Assembly: GCA_020249775.1 (NCBI GenBank)
Contig: JADCFA010000019.1
Span: 27,463-91,462, forward strand
From: Roseomonas sp.
GTDB lineage: Bacteria; Pseudomonadota; Alphaproteobacteria; Acetobacterales; Acetobacteraceae
Direction: 5' to 3'
DNA: 64,000 nucleotides
Shown: positions 27,685-40,640 of the stretch, one piece after another
How the letters are laid out: the number at the start of each line of letters is the position of its first letter
Numbering within the stretch: the stretch's first letter is position 1
Notes under the pieces: generated by a model
The model's database searches: none
Seen by the model: the letters and a program-made list of their open reading frames with translations, nothing else
What the model was told of the DNA's origin: nothing
Translations under genes and position numbers: made by a program

Positions 27685-28050
27685 ATGAGTGACGTCCTGA
27701 CCCCTGCCCCGGAAGCGGAGGACGCGGCGCGGCTTGCCGAAAATGCCGCGCTGGCGGCGCGCCTGCTGCGCGCGCTCGCCAATGAAAGGCGGCTTTTGGT
27801 GCTGTGTGATCTGGTCGCGGCGGGGGAGAAATCCGTCAATGACCTTGCCGCCACGATCGGGCTATCGCAATCGGCACTGTCACAGCACTTGGCGCTGTTG
27901 CGTGATGAAGGCTTGGTCGCGACCCGGCGCGCGGGCACGGTGATCTATTACCGTCTGGCGGACCCGAAGGCCGAGGCGGTGCTGCACACGCTGCACCGCC
28001 TGTTTTGCCAAGCACCCATTCAGTCGGGCGGGGTTTCCTCGGGCGGGTAG
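27685..28050 (+). CDS. ArsR/SmtB-family metalloregulatory transcription factor
   Basis: It contains LANERRLLVLCDL..KSVNDLAATIGLSQSALSQHLALLRDEGLV (a winged HTH). It is transcribed divergently from znuA. Confidence 0.85.
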   Translation: MSDVLTPAPEAEDAARLAENAALAARLLRALANERRLLVLCDLVAAGEKSVNDLAATIGLSQSALSQHLALLRDEGLVATRRAGTVIYYRLADPKAEAVLHTLHRLFCQAPIQSGGVSSGG

Positions 28051-28424
28051 TTCAGCTCCACCGCGACACCATTCGGATCATGCAGGAAGATTTGCGTCTG
28101 CCGATCACGCGGGATGACGCGCGCCGTATAGGTCACCTTGTGCTTGTCCAAATGCGCGCGCATGGCGGCAAGCCCGGTGCAGGAAAAGGCGATGTGATCC
28201 ACAAGGCCCGTATGGCCGACCTTGCGTTCCGGTAGCCCTTCCTCACCCTGACGATCACCGATCAAATGAACGGTGGGGTTGTCGCCGCAATAAAGCCAAT
28301 AGCCGGGGAAAGTCAGCGGCGGGCGATAGCCCAATTCCAGCCCGAGAATTTTCTCGTAAAAATCCTTGGTCGCTTCCAGATCCACCGGGCGAAGCGTGTA
28401 ATGGTTCAGACCTTGCAAGCCCAT
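28020..28424 (-). CDS. VOC (glyoxalase/bleomycin-resistance/dioxygenase) family protein
   Basis: It is 134 aa long and contains LNHYTLRPVDLEATKDFYEKILGL. Its 3' end overlaps the arsR-like gene by 31 nt in convergent orientation. Confidence 0.75.
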   Translation of the reverse strand: MGLQGLNHYTLRPVDLEATKDFYEKILGLELGYRPPLTFPGYWLYCGDNPTVHLIGDRQGEEGLPERKVGHTGLVDHIAFSCTGLAAMRAHLDKHKVTYTARVIPRDRQTQIFLHDPNGVAVELNYPPEETPPD

Positions 28425-28448
28425 GTTGTTTTTCCTCCGTGCCGTTTT

Positions 28449-29651
28449 TTAAAGAAAGCGCGCATGCGGCGTCTGCCCCAGCAGATGCTGCCCCACCGCT
28501 TCAAAATGCGCGCTACGGCCCTGCACCTGTTGGCTGACCGCATGCATGTCGCGGAAGCGCCGTTCAAAAGGATTGTCTTCGAAAATCGCGGTGGAACCGG
28601 CTTCCTGATAGATGGTTTCAACCACCTCGCGCGAGGTCTGGATGGCGAAGGTGGAAGCAAGGCGAATGGACACGCGTTCATCATTCGTCATCTCAAGCCC
28701 TGCCTCCGCGCGCGGCCAGCATTCGCGCAGCGTTTCCAGCAAAAGACTGCGCGCTGAGCGCCAGCGCGCTTCGGAACGCGCGACCAGGCTTTGAATGACA
28801 TGGCTGTCGCGCATTGGGCGCGTTGTCGCCGCCGGGGTTTTGTCAGACGCGAGCTTGATGAATTCATCCAGCATGCCGCGGCAAATGCCGAGCGCCACCC
28901 CGGCAAAGCCCGACGCATAGGCATGCGTCGTGGTGAAATGGTATAAAGTCCCACCAGTTTGCCGATTGGACGGCAAATCACGCTGCACCGTGTAATCATC
29001 CGGCACAAAAAGATCCGTCACCTCATAGGTGTCGCTGCCGGTGCCGCGCAGGCCCATGACGCGCCAATTATCGGTAATCTTCGGCACTTCGCGCTTGAAC
29101 AGCATGGTGCGCTCAATCGGGTTGCCTTCGGCATCACCGCGCAAGGACCCATCGCGTTCGACAACCTTGCAATGCCCGCCAAGCCAAGTGCAGTGCCGGC
29201 TGCCGCTGGCGAAATTCCATTTGCCGGTCACGCGATAGCCGCCATCCACAACATAAGCGCGCGAGGCCGGCCCCATGCCCCAGGCAAGAACGGCACGCGG
29301 ATCAGCGCCCCAAATCTCATAGGCGATTTCGGGTTTCAGATAGGCTGCCGCCATGGAACAGCCGGAAGCCTGGCCCACGCACCAGGCGGTGCTGGCATCG
29401 GCCGCGGCGATCACGATCTGCATCTGCACGAAATCATGCAGCGGCACTTCCTCTCCCCGGAAGGCGCGCGGCAGCAGGGTGCGGAACAGCGCCGCGCCAT
29501 GCAGCGCATCCAGCAATTCCTTGGGCAAAGCGCGGTCGCTTTCGATCTGGCTGGCATGGGCGGCGATGATGGGGGCGATGCGCTTGGCGCGTTCCGCGGG
29601 GGCTTCACCGCCAAAATAGCGGGCTTGGGTGATTTCCTGCGCTGCGCTCAT
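28449..29651 (-). CDS. acyl-CoA dehydrogenase-fold flavoprotein (possibly a two-component monooxygenase type)
   Basis: It has the ACAD-like three-domain layout. The start was chosen at the ATG at 29651 (MSAAQEI). The substrate is unknown. Confidence 0.7.
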   Translation of the reverse strand: MSAAQEITQARYFGGEAPAERAKRIAPIIAAHASQIESDRALPKELLDALHGAALFRTLLPRAFRGEEVPLHDFVQMQIVIAAADASTAWCVGQASGCSMAAAYLKPEIAYEIWGADPRAVLAWGMGPASRAYVVDGGYRVTGKWNFASGSRHCTWLGGHCKVVERDGSLRGDAEGNPIERTMLFKREVPKITDNWRVMGLRGTGSDTYEVTDLFVPDDYTVQRDLPSNRQTGGTLYHFTTTHAYASGFAGVALGICRGMLDEFIKLASDKTPAATTRPMRDSHVIQSLVARSEARWRSARSLLLETLRECWPRAEAGLEMTNDERVSIRLASTFAIQTSREVVETIYQEAGSTAIFEDNPFERRFRDMHAVSQQVQGRSAHFEAVGQHLLGQTPHARFL

Positions 29652-29843
29652 GCTACGGCTTCCTCCCGCTTTCGGGCCGGCAGCCGCCATTGGGTCAAGG
29701 CGCTGTCTCAGCCCCGTGTAAATCAGTCGCTTGACCAAATACCGCGCTGGGCGATTTTCGTCAATTTAGTCGTTTTCGATTGCCCCCGCCGCGAATCGGC
29801 CTAGATTGCCCATATCGGTCGCCTGACCAAAAGCCCGGAGCCC

Positions 29844-30530
29844 ATGACCAGCCTGCTTGCCCCGATTGACCCATCAGCCAGTGTGCGCGACCGGATTTTG
29901 GATGTCGCGCAAATGCTCTTTGCCGATCATGGCTATACGGGCGCCTCCACCCGCGCCATTGCGCTGGCCGCCGGGGTCAATCTGGCGCAGTTGCATTATT
30001 ATTTCGGGTCCAAGCGGGATTTGTTTCGCGCTGCCTATATGCGCGGGGCGGAGCAGGTTACGGCAGCGCGGCGGCGCGCCTTGGAAGTTGCCAAGGCGAC
30101 TTGGCCTGAAGGCCGCGTCCCGATTGAAGTCCTGGTGCGCGCTTTTGTCACCCCCTTCATGCTGAATGGCAAAACCCCTGAAGGCCGCGCGACTATGCGC
30201 ATGCATGCCAGGCTGAACACGGAACCCGATGATATTTCAAAGGAAGTGCTGAGCACGGTCTATGACGACACGACGCTCGCTTACGTGGAAGCCTTCCGGC
30301 AAGTGCTGCCCAATCTGCCGCCCGAGGTCCTATATTGGCGGCTCTATTTCATGATGGGCGCCTATCGCTACACTCTGCTGCGGTCGGGCCGGCTTGAAAT
30401 GATGTCGGGCGGGGTATGCGATTCGGGCGATTTCGACATGGCGGTGGAACAAATTCTGCCCTTTCTCTGCGCCGGGCTTTCCGCCCCGGCGCCAGCCGAA
30501 CCTGCCCCGCCTATTCCAGTAAAGCGCTGA
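29844..30530 (+). CDS. TetR-family transcriptional regulator
   Basis: It has the N-terminal HTH RILDVAQMLFADHGYTGASTRAIALAAGVNLAQLHYYF. It is divergent from the ACAD-like gene. Confidence 0.88.
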   Translation: MTSLLAPIDPSASVRDRILDVAQMLFADHGYTGASTRAIALAAGVNLAQLHYYFGSKRDLFRAAYMRGAEQVTAARRRALEVAKATWPEGRVPIEVLVRAFVTPFMLNGKTPEGRATMRMHARLNTEPDDISKEVLSTVYDDTTLAYVEAFRQVLPNLPPEVLYWRLYFMMGAYRYTLLRSGRLEMMSGGVCDSGDFDMAVEQILPFLCAGLSAPAPAEPAPPIPVKR

Positions 30531-30532
30531 TT

Positions 30533-31510
30533 TTACTGGACGCTGATTTTCGAGACCTGGATCACTTCCCGCCAGATCGGCACTTCACGGGCGACTCGGG
30601 CGCGCAGTTCCTCAGGCCCGCCGCCCACCACCGGGGCGCCGGCTTCGCGGTAACGCTGCTGCACTTCGGGCCGTTGCAGGGCTTTCACCACCTCCCGCGC
30701 CAGCAATTCCTGGATCGGGGCCGGGGTGGCGGCGGGGGCGAAAAGCGCCAGGAAGGTTTCGGAATTGGCGTCCTTGATGCCGAGTTCTTCCTGGGTTGGG
30801 ACATCGGGCAGGTCGGCCACGCGAGTCGGCCCAGTTTGCACAATGGCGCGCAATTCGCCCGAACGAAGCTGCGCCATCACGGAGCCCTGCGCCGCGCTGA
30901 TCACCTGGGTGGTGCCGGCCAAGGCGGCCTGGGTCGCGGGACCGGCGCCGCTGAAGGGCACGTGCTGCATTTCAAACCCGGCGCGGAGCTTCAGCAATTC
31001 GCCCGCCAGGTGCGGCGTGGTGCCAATCCCAGGGCTGGCATAGTTGAATTTGTCCGGGTTGGCCTTGGCCTGGGCGATCAAGTCCTGAAGGGAAGCGACG
31101 CCGCTATGGGGGCGTACCGCCAGCACATTGGGCGAAGCGCCGAGCGTGCTGATGGGCGCGAAATCCCGGAAGGGATCATAGGGTGGGTTGCGGTAAAGGC
31201 TTGGATTGACGACGAAAGCGCTGGAGGTGACCAGCAACGTATAGCCATCCCCCGCCGCGCGGGCGACATAGCCAATGCCGATATTCGCACCGGCTCCGCC
31301 GCGATTTTCGATAACCACCGGCTTGCCCAAGGCCTCACTGAGCGGTGGGGCAAGGATTCGGGCCAGGATATCCGTGGCGCCCCCCGGCGGAAAACTCACC
31401 GAAAGCGTGATGGCGCGTTCCGGAAAGGCGGCATGGGCGGGGGAAAATGGCAGTAGGGCAGCGGCCGCGCCGGCCAAAAGAGCGCCGCGCCGGCTGAATT
31501 CGGGTGACAT
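30533..31510 (-). CDS. Bug/TctC-family tripartite tricarboxylate transporter substrate-binding protein
   Basis: It has a Tat-like signal (SRRGALLAGAAAALL), then FPERAITLSVSFPPGGATDILAR and a C-terminal WREVIQVSKISVQ. Confidence 0.85.
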   Translation of the reverse strand: MSPEFSRRGALLAGAAAALLPFSPAHAAFPERAITLSVSFPPGGATDILARILAPPLSEALGKPVVIENRGGAGANIGIGYVARAAGDGYTLLVTSSAFVVNPSLYRNPPYDPFRDFAPISTLGASPNVLAVRPHSGVASLQDLIAQAKANPDKFNYASPGIGTTPHLAGELLKLRAGFEMQHVPFSGAGPATQAALAGTTQVISAAQGSVMAQLRSGELRAIVQTGPTRVADLPDVPTQEELGIKDANSETFLALFAPAATPAPIQELLAREVVKALQRPEVQQRYREAGAPVVGGGPEELRARVAREVPIWREVIQVSKISVQ

Positions 31511-31750
31511 GACCAAGGCGTTTCCTTCTTTTTTGGGCGTGGTGCCGCTTATGCACAAAGCCTGCGATTGGCGGCGAAGTGCTGTCAAGCAGCATGGGTG
31601 CGGTAGAATTTGCGCAATTCAGGCGAAAGCGCGCGCAAAAATGCCGCTGGCTCGGTTGCGGTGCGGTAAACCCTATGGTAAGGCCCCGCCCGCGTCGGGA
31701 GACCGCCCGGCATATCGTTTTTCGCGTAAGAAACAGGACCGGGAAAACCC

Positions 31751-32356
31751 GTGGCTGCCACAGACCAGACCATTGAAAAGGCCGCGCCTTCGGCGCCCAG
31801 CGCTGTGGGCGTTGCCGCGCGCTATGCCAAGGCGCTTCTCGACCTTGCCGATGAAAAGCGCGCGTCGGATGCCGGCGCGGCTGATCGTATCGGAGCGGAG
31901 CTTGAAGCGCTGTTCACGCTCTGCCGCGACAATGCGGATATGCGCAATTTCATTGCCGATCCGCGCTTTAATGCATCCATTCAGCGTGAGCGCATGTTCA
32001 AAATTCTTGAGAGTGCCGGCATCACCGGTGAAGTGCGCAACCTGGTTGGCGTGCTGATTGCCAATCGGCGCCTTTCCGCGCTGCCATCGGTCGCGCATGC
32101 CTTTGGTGCACTGATCGCAGCGCGCCGCGGCCAACAGACCGCTGAAGTCACCACCGCGCATGCGCTGAGCGACACGCAGCGCGCGCAAATCGTGGCGCGG
32201 CTCACGGAAGCCGGCTATTCCAATGTTCGCCTGTCTGAGACAGTGGACAAATCCATCCTGGGTGGGCTGATCGTTCGGATCGGTTCCCGCCTTTACGACA
32301 ATTCCATCAAATCCAAGTTGCAACGTTTGCAATACGCCATGAAGGGGGCTGCCTGA
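31751..32356 (+). CDS. atpH: F0F1 ATP synthase subunit delta
   Basis: It lies upstream of atpA and contains [13 protein letters not shown], an OSCP-like N-terminus. The start is a GTG. Confidence 0.88.
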   Translation: MAATDQTIEKAAPSAPSAVGVAARYAKALLDLADEKRASDAGAADRIGAELEALFTLCRDNADMRNFIADPRFNASIQRERMFKILESAGITGEVRNLVGVLIANRRLSALPSVAHAFGALIAARRGQQTAEVTTAHALSDTQRAQIVARLTEAGYSNVRLSETVDKSILGGLIVRIGSRLYDNSIKSKLQRLQYAMKGAA

Positions 32357-32358
32357 CC

Positions 32359-33891
32359 ATGGAAATCCGTCCGGCTGAAATTTCGGAAATCCTCAAGCAG
32401 CAGATCGCTGGCTTTGACGCTGAAGCGAATGTTGCTGAGGTCGGCACTGTGCTGACCGTGGGCGATGGTATCGCCCGCGTCTATGGCCTGCAGAATGTCA
32501 TGGCTGGTGAGCTGGTGGATTTCCCCGCTTCCGGCGTGAAGGGCATGGCGCTGAACCTTGAAACCGACAATGTCGGCGTCGTGATTTTCGGCTCCGACCT
32601 TTCGGTGCGCGAAGGCGATACGGTCAGCCGTACCGGTGACATCGTTGACGTGCCCGTGGGTAAGGGCCTGCTGGGGCGCGTTGTGGATGGCCTTGGCAAT
32701 CCGATTGACGGCAAGGGCCCGCTGACCGACGTGGTGCGCATGCGCGCCGAGGTGAAGGCGCCTGGCATTATTCCGCGCAAGTCCGTGCACGAGCCGATGC
32801 AGACCGGCATCAAGGCGATTGACGCGCTGATCCCGATTGGCCGTGGCCAGCGTGAGCTGATCATCGGTGACCGTCAGACCGGCAAGACCGCCGTTATCGT
32901 GGACACCATCATCAACCAGAAGACCATCAATGCTGGTGATGATGAATCGAAGAGGCTCTATTGCATCTATGTTGCCATTGGGCAGAAGCGTTCCACCGTT
33001 GCCCAGCTGGTGAAGACGCTGGAAGAACAGGGTGCGCTGCAGTATTCCATCATCGTTGCCGCCACCGCTTCCGATCCGGCGCCGATGCAGTTCCTGGCCC
33101 CCTATACGGGCTGCGCCATGGGTGAATATTTCCGCGATAATGGCATGCATGCGGTCATTTTCTATGATGACCTTTCCAAGCAGGCCGTTGCCTATCGTCA
33201 GATGTCGCTGCTGCTGCGCCGTCCGCCGGGCCGCGAAGCCTATCCGGGTGACGTCTTCTATCTGCATTCGCGCCTGCTGGAGCGTGCAGCGAAGATGGGC
33301 GATGCTGCTGGCAATGGTTCATTGACGGCGCTGCCGGTCATTGAAACCCAGGCGGGTGACGTTTCGGCCTATATTCCGACGAATGTGATTTCGATCACCG
33401 ATGGCCAGATCTTCCTTGAAACCGAATTGTTCTTCAAGGGCATCCGTCCCGCGGTGAATGTCGGTCTGTCGGTGTCCCGCGTTGGTTCCGCAGCGCAGGT
33501 CAAGGCGATGAAGCAGGTGGCCGGCAAGATCAAGCTGGAACTGGCGCAGTACCGCGAAATGGCGGCCTTCGCGCAGTTCTCCTCGGACCTTGATGCCTCC
33601 ACCCAGGCGTTGCTGGCGCGTGGTGCGCGTTTGACTGAATTGCTGAAGCAGCCGCAGTTCAAGCCGGTTGCCGTGGAAGATCAGGTGATTGCGATCTTTG
33701 CTGGCACGCGTGGTTATCTGGATCGCCTGCCCTTGAACAAGGTTGGTGAATTCGAAAGCCGCCTGCTGGGTGAATTGAAGGCGACCGCGCCGGATATCGT
33801 GACCAGTATCCGCAATGATCGTGAGATCAAGAAGGATACTGAAGCGAAGCTTGTTGCCTTCCTTGACAGCTTTACCAAGTCCTTTGCTTGA
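32359..33891 (+). CDS. atpA: F0F1 ATP synthase subunit alpha
   Basis: It has the P-loop GDRQTGKT and is 510 aa long. Confidence 0.98.
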   Translation: MEIRPAEISEILKQQIAGFDAEANVAEVGTVLTVGDGIARVYGLQNVMAGELVDFPASGVKGMALNLETDNVGVVIFGSDLSVREGDTVSRTGDIVDVPVGKGLLGRVVDGLGNPIDGKGPLTDVVRMRAEVKAPGIIPRKSVHEPMQTGIKAIDALIPIGRGQRELIIGDRQTGKTAVIVDTIINQKTINAGDDESKRLYCIYVAIGQKRSTVAQLVKTLEEQGALQYSIIVAATASDPAPMQFLAPYTGCAMGEYFRDNGMHAVIFYDDLSKQAVAYRQMSLLLRRPPGREAYPGDVFYLHSRLLERAAKMGDAAGNGSLTALPVIETQAGDVSAYIPTNVISITDGQIFLETELFFKGIRPAVNVGLSVSRVGSAAQVKAMKQVAGKIKLELAQYREMAAFAQFSSDLDASTQALLARGARLTELLKQPQFKPVAVEDQVIAIFAGTRGYLDRLPLNKVGEFESRLLGELKATAPDIVTSIRNDREIKKDTEAKLVAFLDSFTKSFA

Positions 33892-33916
33892 ATTGGGGCC
33901 TTCGGGAGAGTAACCA

Positions 33917-34789
33917 ATGCCCAGCCTGAAGAGCCTCCGCCTGCGGATCAATAGCGTGAAATCCACGCGCAAGATTACGCAGGCGATGAAAATGGTGGCG
34001 GCGGCCAAGCTGCGCCGGGCGCAAAGCCAGGCCGAGGCCGCGCGCCCCTATGCTGATCGCATGGAACGGATGCTGGCATCCCTTGGTGCTTCGGTTGCCG
34101 GTTCGCCGGATGCGCCGAAGCTGCTGGTCGGTACGGGTGCCGATAAGGTGCATCTGCTGGTGGTGGTGACGGCCGAACGCGGTCTTTGCGGTGGCTTCAA
34201 CACCAATGTCGGCCGCTTCGCGCGCGCGCAGATCCGCGCCCTGGAAGCCGAAGGCAAGACGGTGAAGGTGCTTACGGTGGGTCGCAAGGGTGCGGTCTAC
34301 CTGAAGCGCGAATTCGCGAACCGTATTGTTGAGGAAGTCAGCTTCGCCAATAAGAAGCGCATCGGCTTCGAAGACGCCGCTGAGGTCAGCGCCAAGATCA
34401 GCGAAATGCTGGATTCTGGCCAATTTGATGTCTGTACGCTGATCTATAACCGCTTCCGGAATGTGATCAGCCAGACGCCGGTCGGCCAGCAGTTGATCCC
34501 GGCGCCGCTGCCGGAAGTGGCGGCCGATAGTGGCGCGCAATATGAATTCGAACCGACTGAGGAAGAAATTCTGGCACGGCTTCTGCCGCAGAACCTCGCC
34601 ATCCAGATCTATCGTGCCCTGCTGGATAATGCGGCCGGCTTCTATGGCAGCCAGATGACTGCCATGGACAATGCCACGCGCAATGCGGGCGAAATGATCA
34701 ACAAGCTGACGCTGAATTACAATCGGACCCGTCAAGCCAACATCACCCGCGAGCTGATTGAAATCATCTCCGGTGCTGAAGCGCTTTAA
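33917..34789 (+). CDS. atpG: F0F1 ATP synthase subunit gamma
   Basis: It has [32 protein letters not shown] and a C-terminal [15 protein letters not shown]. Confidence 0.97.
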   Translation: MPSLKSLRLRINSVKSTRKITQAMKMVAAAKLRRAQSQAEAARPYADRMERMLASLGASVAGSPDAPKLLVGTGADKVHLLVVVTAERGLCGGFNTNVGRFARAQIRALEAEGKTVKVLTVGRKGAVYLKREFANRIVEEVSFANKKRIGFEDAAEVSAKISEMLDSGQFDVCTLIYNRFRNVISQTPVGQQLIPAPLPEVAADSGAQYEFEPTEEEILARLLPQNLAIQIYRALLDNAAGFYGSQMTAMDNATRNAGEMINKLTLNYNRTRQANITRELIEIISGAEAL

Positions 34790-36232
<1,443 letters not shown>

Positions 36233-36237
36233 TCACC

Positions 36238-36651
36238 ATGGCGAGTTTCCAACTCGAACTCGTTTCACCGGAAAAGCTGCTGCTCTCCCGCGCGGTAGAG
36301 ATGGTGGTGTTTCCGGCAGCTGAAGGCGAAATGGGCGTCCTGGCTGGCCATGCGCCAATGATCGTGTCGCTGCGGGGCGGTGTGATTTCTGTGCGCGAAG
36401 GCGGCCAGGTGACGGAACAGCTTTTCGTGGCCGGCGGCTTTGCGGAAGTGGCGGCGGATCGCGTGACGATTCTGGCCGAGGAGGCGACGCCGCTTGCCAA
36501 CCTTTCCAAATCCGAGGCTCAGCTCCGGCTGAATGAGGCGGAGGCCGCCATGGCAGCGGCGGCGAATGATGCTTCGATGGAAAAGCGCGAAGCCGCGATG
36601 GCGCGGGTGCAATCCGCCCGGGCGATGCTGGATGCCGCGACGGCGGCCTGA
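36238..36651 (+). CDS. atpC: F0F1 ATP synthase subunit epsilon
   Basis: It is the last gene of the atpHAGDC order, 137 aa long, with the N-terminus FQLELVSPEKLL. Confidence 0.93.
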   Translation: MASFQLELVSPEKLLLSRAVEMVVFPAAEGEMGVLAGHAPMIVSLRGGVISVREGGQVTEQLFVAGGFAEVAADRVTILAEEATPLANLSKSEAQLRLNEAEAAMAAAANDASMEKREAAMARVQSARAMLDAATAA

Positions 36652-36676
36652 AGCCTTATCAATTGTCATGTTTTGG

Positions 36677-36709
36677 CGGGCGGGTCATTGATCCGCCCGT
36701 TTCTTTTTC
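36677..36709 (+). terminator. rho-independent terminator of the atp operon
   Basis: A perfect 7-bp GC stem joins cgggcgg (36677..36683) and ccgcccg (36693..36699). It is followed by tttcttttt. Confidence 0.7.
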
Positions 36710-36815
36710 GGGTGGGCCTGTGTAGCCCTGCCTTGAAACCGCCGCATCTTCATACAAAAACATAATGCGTCAGGGTCGCGATGGCCCATCATGGCAAGGC
36801 GCTTGGGGTAGGCTC

Positions 36816-37676
36816 ATGAAGCACTGGCACATTGATGAGGTTGCTTGGGATCGCTTCGATCCTTCCAAGGTTGATCCCGAGATCGTGCCGCTGATCAAGG
36901 CTGCCGCCATGGTCGAACGCAATGCGGCGGATTATGTGACATACCTTACGCGCGTTTTTGCCGATGATCCTGATTTCAGCGCGGCCGCCGAACATTGGGG
37001 TGTGGAAGAAACCCAGCATGGCGATGCGCTGGGCCGTTGGGGCATGTTGGCCGATCCCGGCTGGGATTTCGCCGCGGCGTTTGAACGCTATCGCGCCGGC
37101 TATAAAATCCAATTGGATGCGGAAGCTTCCATTCGTGGCAGCCGCACCGGCGAATTGATCGCGCGCTGCATGGTGGAAACCGGGACCAGCAGCTATTACA
37201 CCGCGCTTGGTGATGCCACGGAAGAACCTGTGCTGAAGCAGGTCTGCCGGCTGATTGCCGCTGATGAATACCGCCATTTCAAGCTGTTTTATGACCATAT
37301 GAAGCGCTATCTGGCGCGCGAGAATCTTTCCTTCGCCAAGCGCCTGCGCGTGGCACTTGGCCGCATTGGGGAGACAGAGGATGATGAGCTCGCCTTCGCC
37401 TTCCACAGCGCCAATGAGCCTGAGGGCACACCCTATGACCATGAACGCTGCACCACTGGCTATATGGGGCGCGCAATCGGGTTTTATCGCTTCCGGCATA
37501 TCGAACGCGGCATGGGGATGATCTTCAAGACCATCGGGCTTGAACCGCGCGGGCGGGTTTCGGACCTGGCGGCCAAGGCTTCCTGGCGGCTGCTGCAATG
37601 GCGGCGGGAGAAGTATCGTGTGGCGCTTGCGCGATATGCAGAGGAAAGCGCGGTGCTTTTCAAGCGCGCAGCCTGA
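36816..37676 (+). CDS. ferritin-like (di-iron carboxylate) domain protein
   Basis: Paired E..EExxH-type motifs are present (WGVEETQHGDAL, AADEYRHFKLF). The start is the ATG at 36816 (MKHWHI). Confidence 0.65.
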   Translation: MKHWHIDEVAWDRFDPSKVDPEIVPLIKAAAMVERNAADYVTYLTRVFADDPDFSAAAEHWGVEETQHGDALGRWGMLADPGWDFAAAFERYRAGYKIQLDAEASIRGSRTGELIARCMVETGTSSYYTALGDATEEPVLKQVCRLIAADEYRHFKLFYDHMKRYLARENLSFAKRLRVALGRIGETEDDELAFAFHSANEPEGTPYDHERCTTGYMGRAIGFYRFRHIERGMGMIFKTIGLEPRGRVSDLAAKASWRLLQWRREKYRVALARYAEESAVLFKRAA

Positions 37677-37747
37677 CCCGCCGGCAATTCCGGCAGATAA
37701 AACGCGCGCTTGGTGCATTCAGCATCTTGTCGGATGGCGCAAAATAA

Positions 37748-38875
<1,128 letters not shown>

Positions 38876-38908
38876 GCCGCGCAAGCACTTCGCGTTGCAT
38901 CATAATCG

Positions 38909-38938
38909 GGCCGCCTGGGCAATCGGGCGGCCTTTTTT
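38909..38938 (+). terminator. rho-independent terminator after ilvC
   Basis: The stem joins ggccgcc (38909..38915) and ggcggcc (38926..38932). It is followed by tttttt (38933..38938). Confidence 0.7.
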
Positions 38939-38952
38939 CATATGTGGGACCC

Positions 38953-39270
38953 ATGGCTTGGATTTATCTTTTTCTCGCGGGGCTCTGCGAAATCGGCTGG
39001 CCCATTGGCCTGAAGCTCGGCTGGACGCAGGCGGGCTTGCGCTTCGGATGGCTCGCCTTCGCCATCGCCTGCATTGTCGCAAGTGGCGGCTTGTTGCTGC
39101 TGGCGCTGCGCGAAATTCCGGTGGGCACGGCCTATGCTGTTTGGACTGGCATTGGCGCCATTGGCGCCTTTCTGGTGGGCATTACGCTATTCGGCGATGC
39201 GAATACCGCGCTACGCTGGGCTTCCGTGGCGCTGATTACCGCGGGCATTATCGGGCTGAAATTGGCGTGA
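38953..39270 (+). CDS. sugE: SMR-family small multidrug resistance / guanidinium exporter (SugE/Gdx-like)
   Basis: It begins MAWIYLFLAGLCEIGWPIGLK, has four TM segments and is about 105 aa. Confidence 0.85.
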   Translation: MAWIYLFLAGLCEIGWPIGLKLGWTQAGLRFGWLAFAIACIVASGGLLLLALREIPVGTAYAVWTGIGAIGAFLVGITLFGDANTALRWASVALITAGIIGLKLA

Positions 39271-39340
39271 GGCGCATGTCCGAGCCAAGTGGCTTCACTT
39301 GGCGACTCGGGACATGCGCCCAACGAAAGGAGAAGGTGAT

Positions 39341-40282
39341 ATGACAGACACTTCCCATATGATGGCGGCGGATACGGATTATCCGCGTGATTTCCTGGGC
39401 TATGGCGCCAATCCGCCCGATCCGAAATGGCCGAATGGCGCGAAGCTCGCGCTTTCCTTTGTGCTGAATTACGAGGAAGGTGGTGAGAATACCGTGCTGA
39501 ATGGCGATGCCGGCAGCGAATTGTATTTGCATGAAGTGCCGGGCGGTTCGCCCATTTTGGGTGAACGTAATCGTACCGTGGAAAGCCAATTCGATTACGG
39601 CGCGCGCGCTGGTGTTTGGCGCATTCTGCGTGCCTTTGCCGCGCGCAAGCTGCCATTGACCGTTTATGGTGTAGGCCGTGCGCTGGAATTGAACCCTACT
39701 GTGGCACGCGCCTTCGCCGATGCGGGGCATGAGGTCGCTTCCCATGCCTGGCGCTGGATTGATTATCACAATGTGGATGAGACAACGGAGCGTGCAGAAA
39801 TCGCGCGTTGCGTTGAAGTGATTGAACGCCTGACCGGAACGCGGCCTGTCGGTTGGTACACGGGGCGTATCAGCCCGAATACGCGCCGCTTGGTCGCGGA
39901 ATATGGCGGGTTTTTGTATGATTCGGATTCATATGCGGATGATCTGCCGTTTTACGTGACGGCAGCGGGCAAGCCGATGCTGATCATTCCCTACACACTC
40001 GACAATAACGACATGAAATATGCCGTGCCGCCTGGCTTCACCGCGCCGGATGGTTGGGAACAATATGTCACGGATTCATTCGAGACTTTGCTTGCGGAAG
40101 GTCGCGCGGGCGCGCCGAAAATGATGTCGGTTGGCTTGCATTGCCGGCTGATCGGCCGGCCAGGACGCGCCGCGGCGCTGGCGCGGTTTCTGGATCGCGT
40201 GGCGGCGACGCCGGATGTTTGGGTGTGTCGCCGTGCGGATATTGCGCGCCATTGGTGGGCGCAGCATCCGCCGAAAGCGTGA
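39341..40282 (+). CDS. puuE: allantoinase PuuE (polysaccharide-deacetylase fold)
   Basis: It contains DYPRDFLGYGANPPDPKWPNGAKLALSFVLNYEEGGEN. The AGGAGAAGG Shine-Dalgarno lies upstream of the ATG at 39341. Confidence 0.8.
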   Translation: MTDTSHMMAADTDYPRDFLGYGANPPDPKWPNGAKLALSFVLNYEEGGENTVLNGDAGSELYLHEVPGGSPILGERNRTVESQFDYGARAGVWRILRAFAARKLPLTVYGVGRALELNPTVARAFADAGHEVASHAWRWIDYHNVDETTERAEIARCVEVIERLTGTRPVGWYTGRISPNTRRLVAEYGGFLYDSDSYADDLPFYVTAAGKPMLIIPYTLDNNDMKYAVPPGFTAPDGWEQYVTDSFETLLAEGRAGAPKMMSVGLHCRLIGRPGRAAALARFLDRVAATPDVWVCRRADIARHWWAQHPPKA

Positions 40283-40293
40283 GGGTAAACGCC

Positions 40294-40611
40294 ATGTCCT
40301 ATCCTTTGGAAAAGCGCGAATTGATCGCCGAAGCGCCGGGGCTTCGTATGCAGATCCTGACGCTCGCCGCCGGGCAGGAAGTGCCCTGGCATTGGCATAG
40401 TGAGGTGACGGATACCTTCTGGTGCATGGATGGCCCAATGGTGATTGAAATGCGCGCCCCGCGTGAGGAAGTGGAACTTGCGCCTGGCCAGATGCATGCG
40501 GTGCCTGCGAAGCGCGCGCATCGCGTGACCGGCAAGGATGGGGGGCGCTGCCGCTTTGCCATTCTGCAGGGGATTGGAACCTATGATTTTCAGCCCGTCG
40601 GCGGTGCGTAA
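40294..40611 (+). CDS. small cupin-domain protein
   Basis: It is 105 aa long with the cupin motif pair GQEVPWHWH.. and ..GQMHAVPAKRAHRV. The ATG at 40294 was chosen inside ORF 40054..40611. Confidence 0.7.
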   Translation: MSYPLEKRELIAEAPGLRMQILTLAAGQEVPWHWHSEVTDTFWCMDGPMVIEMRAPREEVELAPGQMHAVPAKRAHRVTGKDGGRCRFAILQGIGTYDFQPVGGA

Positions 40612-40640
40612 GTTTCAGGTTTAGAAGAAGGAAAACCCCC

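Noticed and set aside
38876-38952. Guanidine riboswitch (mini-ykkC / ykkC-III) upstream of the sugE-like gene
   Set aside because: I looked for paired hairpins with ACGR loops and found none. The only strong hairpin is followed by a T-run and is better explained as the ilvC terminator.
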